Notes: generated from the sequence alone by a model not told the origin. Positions 19,323 through 31,144 are shown, counted from the stretch's first letter. The stretch is DNA of 64,000 bases from Nitrospirota bacterium (GCA_963699545.1 CAVOUE010000006.1:352001-416000); one strand, 5' to 3'. A program made the numbers and translations.

Positions 19323-22300
19323 CTACTCCTTCCCGTCCCTGTGATATTCATTCAGAGACTTTATATGGATCTTCCTCTTCAGGAGCATCTCGATCGCTTT
19401 TACCACGGCATTGGCGCCGGTCAGCGTCGTGGTGAAGGGCACGCGGTACTGGAGGGCGCTCTGCCGGATGGAGGAGGAGTCCTTCTGTGCCTGAGCGCCG
19501 CTCACCGTGTTGACCACAAAGCTTATCTCCTTATTCTTGATAAGGTCCACGATATGGGGTCTTCCCTCCATTACCTTATTCACCACTCCCACCTCGATCC
19601 CTTTATTCCTGAGGTGCTCGGCAGTCCCCCGCGTGGCGATGACATCAAAGCCCATCTCCAGGAATTTCTGCACGATACGGCACGTGCCGGGCTTGTCCTT
19701 GTCCTTCACGCTGATGAATATCTTCCCGGACAGGGGAACTTTGTTACCGCTGGACTCCTGGGCCTTTGCATAGGCAAGACCGAAATCCTCATCGATCCCC
19801 ATCACTTCACCCGTGGACTTCATCTCGGGTCCGAGGATCGTGTCCACGCCGTGGAAACGGTCAAAGGGGAAGACCGCCTCTTTCACCGCCATATGCTTCA
19901 TCTCCCGCTCCGCGAGGAGGCCGAGTTCCTTCAGAGTCATTCCGCCCAGGATCTTTGCCGCCACCTTTGCCAGGGGAACCCCTGTGGCCTTTGAGACAAA
20001 GGGCACCGTCCTTGACCCCCTCGGGTTCACCTCGAGGATATAGATCTCTCCGTCCTTGACCGCAAACTGGATATTCATCAGGCCGACGACATTCAGTTCC
20101 TTTGCCAGGGCCCTGGTCTGTCTCTTTATCTCATCCACGATGGGACTGCTGAGGGAGTAAGGAGGCAGGGAGCATGCCGAGTCCCCGGAGTGGATCCCTG
20201 CCTCTTCGATATGCTCCATAACGCCGCCGATGATGACGTCGGTGCCGTCAGCTATGGCATCCACATCGACCTCGATGGCGTCTTCAAGATACTTGTCGAC
20301 CAGCACCGGGTGTTCGGGAGAGGCCTTCACCGCCCGCCGCATATAGTCAGCAAGGGATTTTTCATCGTACACGATCTCCATGGCCCTTCCTCCGAGGACA
20401 TAGGAAGGCCTCACCATGACGGGGTATCCGATGTGCGCTGCAATCTCCAGCGCCTCATCAGGAGACATCGCCGTGTCGCTCTCGGCCTGTTTCAGGTTGA
20501 GCTTATGGAGAAGTTCCCTGAACCTCCTCCTGTCCTCTGCCCGGTCGATGGAGTCGGGGGATGTGCCGAGGATATTCACCCCTTCCCTTTCCAGGGGAAC
20601 CGCGAGCCTGAGGGGCGTCTGCCCACCGAACTGGACGATCACTCCCTCCGGCTTTTCGGTCTCTATGATACTGAGGACGTCCTCTATGGTGAGGGGTTCG
20701 AAATAGAGCCGGTCGGCGGTATCATAGTCGGTGCTCACTGTTTCCGGGTTACAGTTGATCATGATCGTCTCATACCCCAGTTCTCTGAGGGCAAAAACCG
20801 CATGGACGCAGCAGTAGTCGAACTCGATCCCCTGCCCTATCCTGTTGGGACCGGAGCCGAGGATGACCACCTTTTTTCTGTCGGTGGGGTTTGATTCGGA
20901 TTCAACCGCAGGGTCAGAGGATTCGGGAGTGAGAGGGTTCTCTCTTTGCCGTGACCCTATCTGATAGAAAGGTCTTTCATACGTCGAATAGAGATACGGG
21001 GTATATGCCTCAAACTCTGCAGCGCAGGTATCCACCATCTTATACACCGCATGCATACCGTACCGCTTCCGGAGATGGCGTATCTCCTCCTCCTTTACCT
21101 TCAGAAGCCCTGCAATGGTCCTGTCAGAGAAGCCGTTCTCCTTTGCTTCACGCAATAAGGGTTCAGAGATCTGAACGTTCGGGTCCCGCAGGCCATCGGG
21201 ATTGACCCCTTGAACCCCTGAACTCTTTATCCTCTCTTCCACGGCCAGTATCTTTCTTATGTGGTTCAGGAACCACGGGTCTATTCCGGTAAGTTCATGT
21301 ATCTCGCTCACAGGCATGCCGTTCCTGAACCCCTGGGCCACATGCCATATCCTCTCGGCATTGGGGATCTTCAGCTTTGCCTTGAGCTCATCGGAAGTGA
21401 CCTGCACTTCTTCGAATCCGTAACTCCCGATCTCGAGGCTCCTTAAGGCCTTCTGGAGAGATTCGTAAAGGTCCTTCCGATGGACATGGCCTCTCCCACT
21501 GACTTCATCTGTGTGGTGAGGGTCGCGTCCGCCTCGGGGAATTTCTCGAAGGCAAAACGGGGGAACTTCGTCACCACATAATCGATCGTCGGCTCAAAGG
21601 ACGCAGGGGTCTCCTTTGTAATGTCATTGGGAATCTCATCCAGGGTAAGTCCCACCGCCAGTTTCGCAGCTATCTTTGCGATGGGAAACCCCGTGGCCTT
21701 GCTCGCGAGGGCTGAACTCCTCGAGACCCTCGGGTTCATCTCTATGACGACCATCCTCCCGTTTTCAGGACTGACCGCGAACTGGATGTTCGATCCCCCC
21801 GTATCCACACCGATCTCCCGGATAATGGCGATGGAGGCATCCCGCATCCTCTGGTATTCCTTGTCGGTGAGGGTCTGGGCAGGGGCGACGGTAATGGAAT
21901 CCCCGGTATGGACCCCCATGGGATCGAAGTTCTCGATGGAGCAGATGATCACCACATTGTCCTTCATGTCCCGCATCACTTCCAGTTCATATTCCTTCCA
22001 GCCGATGACCGATTCCTCCACGAGGACCTGGTGAACAGGGCTGAGTTTCAGTCCGTTGTCCAGGAGCCCCATATACTCTTCCATGTTATAGGCGATGCCG
22101 CCCCCTGTCCCGCCCAACGTAAAGGAAGGCCTCAGGATCGCGGGAAACCCTATGCGATCAATGGCATCCAGTCCTTCCTTTAAGCTGCCCACATACGCCG
22201 ATTGCGGGACTTCAAGTCCTATCCTCTCCATGGCTTCCTTGAACAATTCGCGGTCCTCAGCCTTTTTTATCGCAGGGAGCTTTGCGCCGATGAGCTCTAC

Positions 22301-22636
22301 CTGGTATCTCCCGAGGACTCCTGACTCCGCAAGCTCCACCGCGAGGTTCAGGGCGGTCTGTCCGCCCATGGTGGGAAGCAGGGCATCAGGCTTCTCATTC
22401 GCTATAATGAGCTCAACCACCTCCACGGTAAGGGGCTCGATGTATACCGCGTCAGCCGTCTCAGGGTCGGTCATGATGGTGGCGGGGTTTGAGTTCACGA
22501 GCACTACCGTATAGCCCTCCTCCCGAAGGGCCTTGCACGCCTGTGTGCCGGAATAATCGAACTCGCATGCCTGGCCGATGACGATGGGTCCCGAACCTAT
22601 CAAAAGTATTTTCTTCAGGTCAGTTCTCTTCGGCAC
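19323..22636 (-). CDS. carB: Carbamoyl-phosphate synthase large subunit (one apparent frameshift near 21465)
   Basis: [30 protein letters not shown]; second half [15 protein letters not shown]; adding one base restores [15 protein letters not shown]. Confidence 0.95.
20910..20960. repeat. Octamer-period insert inside carB
   Basis: AGGGTCAG AGGATTCG GGAGTGAG AGGGTTC; encodes [18 protein letters not shown]. Confidence 0.55.
21158..21225. repeat. Octamer-period inverted insert inside carB
   Basis: GGGTTCAG arm and TTGACCCC TTGAACCC CTGAACTC arm; encodes [22 protein letters not shown]. Confidence 0.55.
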
Positions 22637-22685
22637 GTTCACCTCTCATCGACAAAATATCCCTATCATCACGCTGAGTAGCCAT

Positions 22686-23312
22686 TTACACCATCCAGAC
22701 CGCATCAGGCAAAAGCCCGCTCAGTGAACTCTTCAGTTCGGCGATCATCGACTCGGCAGCCTGCCTCGCCCTGGCGCTGAAGATCACCGGCTTCTCCCCG
22801 CCGAAGTCCAGCTCCACCGCATAAAAATCTTCTGTCTTTCCGAATCCCGGTATGACCGTACCATGCTGGAGGGCAACCCTCTCCACAAGTTGCACGGCAT
22901 CCATATTTTCCGGTTGCATTGATATATGAACAAGCCGGATAGCAGTCAGCCCATCCAATAAATAGGACTTTGCACTGCCGCCGATCGTCCTTTTCAGAGA
23001 AAGGGTGACGGCCCTCTTCTCCCCGTCAAAAACCGCCTCGAGAGCCACTTCCCGGAAAAAATATAACCTGAAAATAATGAAAAGGACCGCAAATAGCAGT
23101 GCAACTGCCATCAGGTAAAGAGCAGATATCCTAAAGTAAAGCGCAAAAAAAAAGCTCAGCACCACGATCACAGCCCCTGCTGCGAGGCTCGATGCAAGCT
23201 CACGGTTGAAGATGCCGCTGTGGAGGACACTCCTGCGCTCTGTCTTAAAGGAGGATGTCTTCAGCACGACAGTATTGCCTCTCTTTTCGATGTGATACGG
23301 TTTCTCCTTCAT
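22686..23312 (-). CDS. Hypothetical membrane protein (two TM helices)
   Basis: 208-aa ORF in operon orientation with two hydrophobic segments. Confidence 0.65.
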   Translation of the reverse strand: MKEKPYHIEKRGNTVVLKTSSFKTERRSVLHSGIFNRELASSLAAGAVIVVLSFFFALYFRISALYLMAVALLFAVLFIIFRLYFFREVALEAVFDGEKRAVTLSLKRTIGGSAKSYLLDGLTAIRLVHISMQPENMDAVQLVERVALQHGTVIPGFGKTEDFYAVELDFGGEKPVIFSARARQAAESMIAELKSSLSGLLPDAVWMV

Positions 23313-23348
23313 TCAGGCAGTAAATGCAAAACTCAACACCCACAACTC

Positions 23349-23873
23349 TTATTTCTTGAAATAGACGATCCTGCTTCCACCGAGGTGGAGGGGGATATTT
23401 GCTTCCTCATCCCATAAGCCCTTTTCGACATATCGTTCATCCGCGTATGCGATACGGACCTTGCCGAAAAATGCATCACATTCCCCTGCATCAACGGTCT
23501 TCCATACCTTGCACTCAATATACCCTATGCATCCACCAATGACAGGAGGTTTCACCTTTATTGCACCGATTTTCTTCAATCCGGCCTTTTTGAACTTATC
23601 AGTATTTCTTCCGGAAGTTTTTCCACATATCCATAAAGCCTTCAGAAGCTTTTTTGTGGGGACGTTTATGACAAACTCTCTCGTCTGTCTTATCAGCCGG
23701 GCGGTATGACTTTCCTTTGACACGCAGACCATCACGATGGGCGGCTCCTCGCTCACGGGAGTGGCCCATGCACAGGTCATGACATTGGGCCTTCCTTCCT
23801 TATCGGCACTCGTCAGGAAGAAAGCCATCTTCGGATGGAGGAGGTGGTAGATGCCTGACGTGAATTCCTTCAT
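23349..23873 (-). CDS. Flavin reductase-like protein
   Basis: PNVMTCAW, EFVINVP, CGKTSGRNTDKF, IECKV. Confidence 0.85.
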   Translation of the reverse strand: MKEFTSGIYHLLHPKMAFFLTSADKEGRPNVMTCAWATPVSEEPPIVMVCVSKESHTARLIRQTREFVINVPTKKLLKALWICGKTSGRNTDKFKKAGLKKIGAIKVKPPVIGGCIGYIECKVWKTVDAGECDAFFGKVRIAYADERYVEKGLWDEEANIPLHLGGSRIVYFKK

Positions 23874-25009
23874 CAGCATTCCCTTCCTTCGATCATCTCC
23901 CTGAACCTTGTGAACAGCATCACAGAATCATTCGGGCCCGGTCCAGCCTCGGGATGATGCTGCACAGAGAATATGGGCATTTCCACGTGGTGCATGCCCT
24001 CTTCCGTTCCGTCGTAGAGGTTCTTGTGCGTGAGCCTGGCCTGACCGTGAAGACTATTGATGTCAACACAGTAATTGTGGTTCTGGGAGGTGATCTCGAC
24101 CTTCCCTGAGGAGAGGTCTTTCACCGGGTGGTTTCCGCCGTGATGGCCGAACTTCAGTTTATAGGTCCTGCCCCCCATCGCGAGGCCCAATATCTGGTGA
24201 CCGAGACAGATCCCGAAAATCGGTTTCTTGCCCATGAGCTTCCGCGCATTCTCAATGGCATAGGTAACGGTCTCGGGGTCTCCGGGGCCGTTGCTCAGGA
24301 TTATCCCGTCCGGGTCCATTTCGAGGACCTTCTCCGCAGGTGTCTGAGCAGGCACAACCGTCACACCAAAGCCCGCTTCCACAAGGTTCCTCAAAATATT
24401 GAACTTGACCCCGAAATCATAGACGACCGCCTTAACCCCCCCCATCCCCCCCTTGGCAAGGGGGGGATGGGGGGGTTGGCACCACTTCCAGCATCCCTCG
24501 TTCCACTCGTATGTTTCTTTGGTGGTTACGTCCTTCACAAGATCGAAAGCTGATATCCCGGGATGTGCCCTCACCTTTGAAAGAAGACCGGTCGGATCCA
24601 CATCTGCGGTCGAGATGATCCCCATCTGGGCGCCGTGATTTCTCAAATGCCTCGTCAATCCCCTTGTGTCGATACCCTGAATGCCGACGACGTTATGCCT
24701 TTTCAGATAGTCAGTGAGTCCGAGGGACGAGCGCCAGCTGGAGGGAAAATCGCATGCCTCCTTCACAATAAACCCCTCCGCCTTGACCCCTCCGGCAGAC
24801 TCGATATCCTCTTCATTCACCCCGTAATTGCCTATCTGGGTGTAGGTCATGGTGACGATCTGGCCTCTATATGACGGGTCCGTGAGGATCTCCTGATATC
24901 CGGTCATGGAGGTGTTGAACACCACCTCCCCCATGGTCTCTCCCTCTGCGCCGAAGGACGTTCCTTCGAACACCGCGCCATCCGACAGCACAAGCAGCGC
25001 CTTATCCAT
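23873..25009 (-). CDS. carA: Carbamoyl-phosphate synthase small subunit
   Basis: [32 protein letters not shown]. Confidence 0.97.
   Translation of the reverse strand: MDKALLVLSDGAVFEGTSFGAEGETMGEVVFNTSMTGYQEILTDPSYRGQIVTMTYTQIGNYGVNEEDIESAGGVKAEGFIVKEACDFPSSWRSSLGLTDYLKRHNVVGIQGIDTRGLTRHLRNHGAQMGIISTADVDPTGLLSKVRAHPGISAFDLVKDVTTKETYEWNEGCWKWCQPPHPPLAKGGMGGVKAVVYDFGVKFNILRNLVEAGFGVTVVPAQTPAEKVLEMDPDGIILSNGPGDPETVTYAIENARKLMGKKPIFGICLGHQILGLAMGGRTYKLKFGHHGGNHPVKDLSSGKVEITSQNHNYCVDINSLHGQARLTHKNLYDGTEEGMHHVEMPIFSVQHHPEAGPGPNDSVMLFTRFREMIEGREC
24434..24477. repeat. GC-run palindrome inserted in frame in carA
   Basis: C7-AT-C7-TTG-G-CAA-G7-AT-G7 perfect hairpin; encodes [13 protein letters not shown]. 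Confidence 0.85.
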
Positions 25010-26314
25010 TTATCTTCCCCTTGCATATGGTCGTTACAGGCATCCCTTGCAATGCCCAGCCTTCAAAGGGGGTATTCTTGCCCTTGGAAGCGAAAGCCTC
25101 CGCCGCCACCCGCCATCCTCTGTTAGGATCGATGATGGCAACATCTGCGTCAGAGCCAACCTTTAACGTCCCCTTGTTCAACTTCATTATCCGGGCAGGA
25201 TTCAGTGCCATCTTTTCTGTAAGCTGCGTCATGGTCAAAATTCCGTTATGAACGAGTCTGAGGCTTAATGACAGCGCGGTCTCAAGCCCTGATATGCCGG
25301 AGGGTGCCTTATCGAATTCCCTGAGTTTCTCGTCCCGGTGATGGGGGGCATGGTCCGTAGCGATGACATCAATGGTGCCGTCCCTCAGTCCTTCCTTAAT
25401 GGCGTCCACATCCCGCTGCGTCCTTAGGGGAGGATTCACTTTCGCATTGGTATCATAGCCTTTCACCGCTTCCTCTGTGATGCTGAAATAATGGGGGCAG
25501 GTCTCTGCAGTGACGCCCGTTCCTCTCTCCTTTGGCCTGTCGTATGAGTTGCACAGAGCCTGCCGTGGAAACATGGGCGATATGGAGCCTTCCACCGGTC
25601 AGTTCCGCAAGGATTATATCCCTTGCCACCATCACCTCTTCCGAGGCTGCAGGTATCCTGCTTAATCCGAGAGACTGTGGAAACCGTTCCCTCATTCATC
25701 ACCCCGCCGTCGGAGAGGTTGAGGTCTTCGCAGTGGGAGATAATCGGCACGATGAATACCTTCGAATATTCCAGAGCCCTTCTCATCAGAAGGCTGTTCA
25801 TCACCGGATGACCGTCATCGGAAAAAGCCACGCACCCCGCCTCGAACATCATTCCCATTTCGGCAAGTTCTTCGCCCTTCTGACCCTTTGTGATCGCGCC
25901 TATGGGAAAGACATGGCAAGCTCCTTCGGCATAGGCCTTTCGGAGGATGAACTCTGTAACGGTTTCATTATCATTCACCGGGTCTGTATTCGGCATACAG
26001 CAAACAGAGGTGAATCCGCCCTTCACCGCAGCCATGGTTCCCGAACTGATGGTCTCCTTGCCTTCAAATCCCGGTTCCCTCAGATGCGTATGCATATCGA
26101 CAAGCCCGGGAAGAACGTAAATCCTGTGGCGTCAACGACATGGGGTTTAGGGGTTGGGGGCTGGAGATCTTCTTTCTTCTTTTTTGCCAATCTCTGATAC
26201 CGTATTCCCAAACCCCTTTATCTTTCCGTTCTCGATCAACAGGTCGCCCACCCCGTCGATCCCCTGGGAGGGGTCTATGATATGGCCGTTCTCTATCAGT
26301 ATGCTATTATCCAT
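25002..26314 (-). CDS. pyrC: Dihydroorotase (several apparent frameshifts)
   Basis: [42 protein letters not shown] spread over successive frames. Confidence 0.9.
26141..26217. repeat. Heptamer-period inverted insert near the pyrC N-terminus
   Basis: TGGGGTT TAGGGGT TGGGGGC arm and ...TATTCCC AAACCCC arm. Confidence 0.5.
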
Positions 26315-27229
26315 TTCCCCCTTCTCTGCTCAGGAGGTACATCACCGCCATCCTCACCGCTATCCCGTTCGTCACCTGGTCAAGGATGACCGACCTCGGA
26401 CAGAATCCGCCACATCAGAGGATATCTCGATTCCCCTGTTCATAGGGCCGGGATGCATCACAAGGGCATCCCTCTTCGCACGTGTAAGCCTCTTCAGTGG
26501 TCCAGTCCCCAGTATCTGAAAGTACTCCTGGGTGGACGGGAAGAATCCCCTCCCCTGCCTCTCCATCTGGATCCTGAGCATCATGACCACGTCCGCGTCC
26601 TTCAGTCCCTCATCCATGTCGGAAAAGAGTTCAACGTCGTACCCTTTCATCTCCGGAACAAGGGTAGGCGGCCCGATGAGTCTGATGCGGGCCCCGAACT
26701 TTGAGAGGAGATACACATCGGATTTCGCAACCCTGCTGTGAAAGACATCCCCCACGATAGCTATGGTGAGTCCCTGGAGGCTTCCCTTCCTTTCAATAAT
26801 GGTAAAGGCATCAAGCAATGCCTGGGTAGGATGCTCGTTGATACCGTCACCGGCATTTATGACCGACGCGTTCACATTCCTGGCAATGAAATGCGGCGCC
26901 CCGCTGGAGGAATGCCGTATCACGATGAAGTCCACGCCGTACGCTTCGATGGTCTTCACCGTATCATAAAGACTCTCGCCTTTCACCACACTGCTGGTCG
27001 GTACTGAAAAGTTCAGCACGTCAGTGCTCAACCTCTTCTCTGCCAGCTCAAAGGAGGTCTTTGTCCTCGTGGAAGGCTCAAAAAAGAGGTTGACCGTGGT
27101 CTTTCCCCTGAGGGTCGGAACCTTCTTTATATCCCTCTTCAGCACGTCCTTGAAAGAGGAAGCGGTGCTGAGTATGAGCTCAATATCCTCCCGGGAACTG
27201 TCCTTTATGCCGACCAGGTCCTTAAGCAT
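26307..27229 (-). CDS. pyrB: Aspartate carbamoyltransferase catalytic subunit (apparent indels near 26395 and 26500)
   Basis: [25 protein letters not shown]-terminal [17 protein letters not shown] lies in a shifted frame. Confidence 0.93.
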
Positions 27230-27773
27230 CTTCGCCTGATGATACTAAATAGACGCCATCTTCACGGCCGTCCTCTTCAAGCTGCATCTCTATGTTTTCT
27301 CCCCTCGATGTGGGGATATTCTTTCCGACATAATCCGCCCTGACCGGCAGTTCCCTGTGTCCCCTGTCAAGGAGCACCGCCAGCTGTATCTGGGACGGTC
27401 TTCCAAAATCCATGAGAGCGTCCATGGCCGCCCGTATGGAACGCCCGGTGAAAAGCACATCGTCCACCAGGATTATCTTCTTGTCCGTGAGGTCCCATGG
27501 GATATTCGTCTTTCTCACCACAGGATGCTCCTTTCTCATGCCGAGGTCATCCCGGTACAGAGAGATGTCAAGGGAGCCCACGGGGATATCGACGTCTTCA
27601 ATCGCCTTGATGCGCGCGGAAATCCTCTTCGCAAGATGCACCCCGCCCCGCTGAATGCCGACGATGCAGAGGTTTTCTGTTCCCTTGTTCTTTTCGATGA
27701 TCTCATGGGCCATGCGCGAGAGAATCCTCTCGATATCCTTTTTGTTGAGAAGTTCTTTTGTCATTCCGGGCAT
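27222..27773 (-). CDS. pyrR: Pyrimidine operon regulator/uracil phosphoribosyltransferase
   Basis: [40 protein letters not shown]. Confidence 0.95.
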   Translation of the reverse strand: MPGMTKELLNKKDIERILSRMAHEIIEKNKGTENLCIVGIQRGGVHLAKRISARIKAIEDVDIPVGSLDISLYRDDLGMRKEHPVVRKTNIPWDLTDKKIILVDDVLFTGRSIRAAMDALMDFGRPSQIQLAVLLDRGHRELPVRADYVGKNIPTSRGENIEMQLEEDGREDGVYLVSSGEDA

Positions 27774-27876
27774 AAAAAAACCCTCCCCATCAGTCATGGG
27801 AAAGGTCTGTTTGGCTTTGTTTCAGCAGCTTGGGCTCCTTTGCCTTCACAGCCTCACCGGGCTGTTCTTAAAGGCA
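27774..27876 (-). promoter_or_regulatory. PyrR-binding attenuator leader
   Basis: CTTTAA followed by the AGCCCGGTGAGGCT binding loop (27850-27863), then hairpin CCTTTCCCAT...ATGGGGAGGG plus T7 (27774-27806). Confidence 0.85.
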
Positions 27877-27981
27877 GCACTATTAAACCATATCGGGGTG
27901 AAGGCTGTCAACGTGTGCCGGCCTTATCCCCATTCAGACCATTCCGGGCAACAATGACCGGCACGATTCGGTCAATCTTTC

Positions 27982-30201
27982 TTACTTCGACAGAGCCTTT
28001 TTTATGGCAAGAGCGATAGCCTGCCGTGAGAAAGGTTTTTGGACAAATCCGCAGGCCCCCTGCCTCACGAGATCGTCAATTCCGGCAAAGCCGTTCTGGC
28101 TGTAGCCGGAGCACAGCAAGACCTTAACTCCCTGATCAATGGTCTTCAGCGCCCGATATACCTCCTCTCCTCCCATTCCGGGCATGATCATATCAAGGAC
28201 GACCAGTGATATTGTATCCTTCATCTCCCTGAATGTTCTTATGCCGTTCCGCCCGTTCTCCTCAATCAGTACTGTATAGCCAAGGGGCTCAAGCATGTCC
28301 CTGCACAAATCTCTGATATCGGATTCGTCATCGATCACGAGGATGGTCCCTGTACCCCTGATGTCTTCCCTATCCTGTGTCTCACCGTTATCCGCACTCT
28401 TTGCAGCGGGAAGATATATGTTGAACTGTGTCCCTTTGTGCGGTTCGCTGTAGAGGTTGATATACCCTCCATGGTTGCTTATGATCGAATTGACGATGTA
28501 GAGCCCCAGTCCCGTGCCCTCGCCCATACCCTTTGTGGTAAAAAAGGGATCAAAGACCTTTCCCTGTATTTTTCTGTCAATGCCCATGCCGGTATCAGAA
28601 ATGGAGAGCTTCACAAACTCACGCCCCTCCCAGGGCGCGGCATCATCGGTCCCGCTCTCCCTGCCGACCGCTGCTGTCTCGATGGACAGCCTGCCCCCTT
28701 TGGGCATGGCGTCGCGGGCATTCACGACGAGGTTCATGATCACCTGCTCGAGTTGCGACGTATCCGCCATAATGGGCGGGATCTCATCTCTGAGGTGTGT
28801 CACGATCTCTATGTTCTTGGGGATGCTCCCCAGAAGCAGTTCCATCGAGTTCTTCACGATATCGTTGATGTTTACCGCCGTTGTTTGTATCTTCTCTTTC
28901 CTTGTGATCGAGAGGACCTTTTTCCCGAAATCTGCTCCCCTCGTTGCGGCCTCATATATTATTGTCGCAGGCTTGTAGAAAGGATCCCCTTCCTTCGCTT
29001 TCGTCAGAATGATCTCGGAATAGCCAAGTATCGCCGTCAGGAGGTTATTGAATTCATGCGCCATTCCTCCCGCAAGGGTCCCGACGGCTTCCATCTTCTG
29101 GGCCCTGATCAGCCTTTCTTCGAGCCTCTTTTTCTCCGTGATGTCGATGATGTATCCGTCGAAGCCCGATAGGGTGCCGTCGTTCTCCCTTTCGGGGTAT
29201 AAGGCCAGGGATATAACAAGCTCTTCCCTGTTCTTCCCGACAGCGTTCTCTTCGATATGCAGTCCCTTTGTTTGGGAAGCTGCTTTCCCCAGGCACTCAG
29301 CGGTATCCTCATGTCCCATCAATATCTCACAGAGCTGAGTCACATTGCCGAAGAGCGTTTTGAATCTGCTGTTGGTCTCTACGATAGAGCCCTTGCTGTC
29401 AAGCTTGAAAATAGCATGCTCGACCCTGTCAAACAGGGATCGTATCCGTCTGTCCGATTCTACAAGCTTTTCTTCCTTCTCCTTGATCGACCCGCACATC
29501 CGGTTAAACTCCAGGGAGAGCTCCCGGAACTCGTCCGCTGATTTGCCTGGCATTCCGGCAATATCGGGCATCGTGCCGTCCTTAAACAGCGAGACCGATC
29601 GGTGAAGGGCCATCAGGGGTCTCATCACGAGACGTCTCATAAGGATGTTGAGAGAAATAATCGCGAGAAGCGTGATAATCGCGGAGACGGCGATGCTCGT
29701 GAGGACGATCTGCCGCAGTTCCTCCTTTATGCCGGCAGAGGACAGGATAATCCTTGCAAACCCTACGATTACGGGAGGCGCGGTATCTGAGGCCTTGAAG
29801 GATATGGGAGTATAGAAATCATAGCCGCCGTTTGTCTTCAGATAGAGAGGAGCTGCGGATTTCCTGAAATGGGCAACGGCCCCGGGGAGGGGCTGCTCTT
29901 TCAATTGCCTTACGGGATACGCGTCGAGAGCATCCCAGATGTTGGAATAGACCTGCGCAAGGGTCACATCCGGCGCCTGAACGATAGAGGATGCCTTCTT
30001 CAAAAGGTCAAGGTTTTCGTTGATAAGCCCCTCCCCTGCGGCCTGGGAGAGCGCATAGCTCAACGTCACACCCCTCGTGATTCTCCCCGTTTCTGCACTC
30101 TGCCTGTACACCGTCGCAAAAAGATAGGTGCTTATGACACTGGTCCCGACAATGATCAGCGCGATAAAGATCGAGACCCTTGTCTGCAAAGATAGTTTCA
30201 T
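27982..30201 (-). CDS. Membrane hybrid sensor kinase (HAMP-PAS-HisKA-HATPase-REC)
   Basis: AHEFNNLL, NARDAM, DTGMGI, FFTTK, GTGLGL, receiver IDDE/LDMIMP. Confidence 0.92.
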   Translation of the reverse strand: MKLSLQTRVSIFIALIIVGTSVISTYLFATVYRQSAETGRITRGVTLSYALSQAAGEGLINENLDLLKKASSIVQAPDVTLAQVYSNIWDALDAYPVRQLKEQPLPGAVAHFRKSAAPLYLKTNGGYDFYTPISFKASDTAPPVIVGFARIILSSAGIKEELRQIVLTSIAVSAIITLLAIISLNILMRRLVMRPLMALHRSVSLFKDGTMPDIAGMPGKSADEFRELSLEFNRMCGSIKEKEEKLVESDRRIRSLFDRVEHAIFKLDSKGSIVETNSRFKTLFGNVTQLCEILMGHEDTAECLGKAASQTKGLHIEENAVGKNREELVISLALYPERENDGTLSGFDGYIIDITEKKRLEERLIRAQKMEAVGTLAGGMAHEFNNLLTAILGYSEIILTKAKEGDPFYKPATIIYEAATRGADFGKKVLSITRKEKIQTTAVNINDIVKNSMELLLGSIPKNIEIVTHLRDEIPPIMADTSQLEQVIMNLVVNARDAMPKGGRLSIETAAVGRESGTDDAAPWEGREFVKLSISDTGMGIDRKIQGKVFDPFFTTKGMGEGTGLGLYIVNSIISNHGGYINLYSEPHKGTQFNIYLPAAKSADNGETQDREDIRGTGTILVIDDESDIRDLCRDMLEPLGYTVLIEENGRNGIRTFREMKDTISLVVLDMIMPGMGGEEVYRALKTIDQGVKVLLCSGYSQNGFAGIDDLVRQGACGFVQKPFSRQAIALAIKKALSK

Positions 30202-31028
30202 TTCATATCGAGAAGCGAAACAACACCCTGCGACCTGATAAATGTCTGTCCTTCCTTACTCAGCGCGAAATCAACGAACCTCGTCACAGCGGGTTTGCTC
30301 TGCCTTGGAACCAGGATGAACAGCGGTCTTTTCAACGGGTACTTGCCCTGCACTATGTTCTTCACCGACGGAGATACCCCATCCACCTTCAGCATCCTGA
30401 CCTCACGTTTTCTGGCGCTTGTGAAACCCGTTGTCGCAAATCCTTCGGGCGTATTTTCGACCATCTGCTCAACGATGCCTGTCGAGGCGACGACAAAGGT
30501 ATTCGGGGTCTCGGCCGGGTTCTTCCCTTCCAAGATCATCTGCCGGGTAGATGCTTCGACGCCGGAGAGACCTTGTCTCGGTCGGGAGACGAATAGCTTG
30601 ATCGCCATATCGCCGCCTTTCAATTCCTTCCAGTTGGTCATCCGGCCCGCATATATCGCCCTGGCATTTTCAAGCGACATGTTTCTCACAGGGTTCGATT
30701 TATGGACAATAAAGACCAGCGCATCCCATGCGACCTGTATGAAGTCCACATCATTGGGGTCGCCTTTCTCTCTGGATCTGCAGCTCGCCGCGAAGTCCAC
30801 TTTGCCGCTCCGCAAATCCTCGATGCCCACCACACTGCCTCCACCCCGGACAAAGACCTTGACACCGCTTCGCCTCTCATATTCCTTTGCGAGTTCCGTA
30901 AGATACCCGATATTGCTCACAGAGCATCCGCTCGCGGTAAGATAATCCGCAGAAAACGACAGGGGTGTTTCGACAAGGGAGACCGAGAGGAAGAGGAAAA
31001 AAGCTACCTTACTTAACCCTCTTTTCAT
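30198..31028 (-). CDS. PstS-like periplasmic binding protein
   Basis: Signal peptide; GGGSVVGI, VAWDALVFIVH..NP, YPLKRPLF. Confidence 0.8.
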   Translation of the reverse strand: MKRGLSKVAFFLFLSVSLVETPLSFSADYLTASGCSVSNIGYLTELAKEYERRSGVKVFVRGGGSVVGIEDLRSGKVDFAASCRSREKGDPNDVDFIQVAWDALVFIVHKSNPVRNMSLENARAIYAGRMTNWKELKGGDMAIKLFVSRPRQGLSGVEASTRQMILEGKNPAETPNTFVVASTGIVEQMVENTPEGFATTGFTSARKREVRMLKVDGVSPSVKNIVQGKYPLKRPLFILVPRQSKPAVTRFVDFALSKEGQTFIRSQGVVSLLDMK

Positions 31029-31144
31029 ATTCCTGCATTCTCGCATCAAATACCGGTTTGAAAAACGAACCTCTTAAGGTCCATTTGATAGCTATTGTAA
31101 CAGATTAGGAAATTTTGCTCCATATTTCATGATGTTGCGGCCGT

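Noticed and set aside
25002-27229. pyrC/pyrB as true pseudogenes
   Set aside because: Catalytic motifs intact and compensating indels cluster locally, typical of read error
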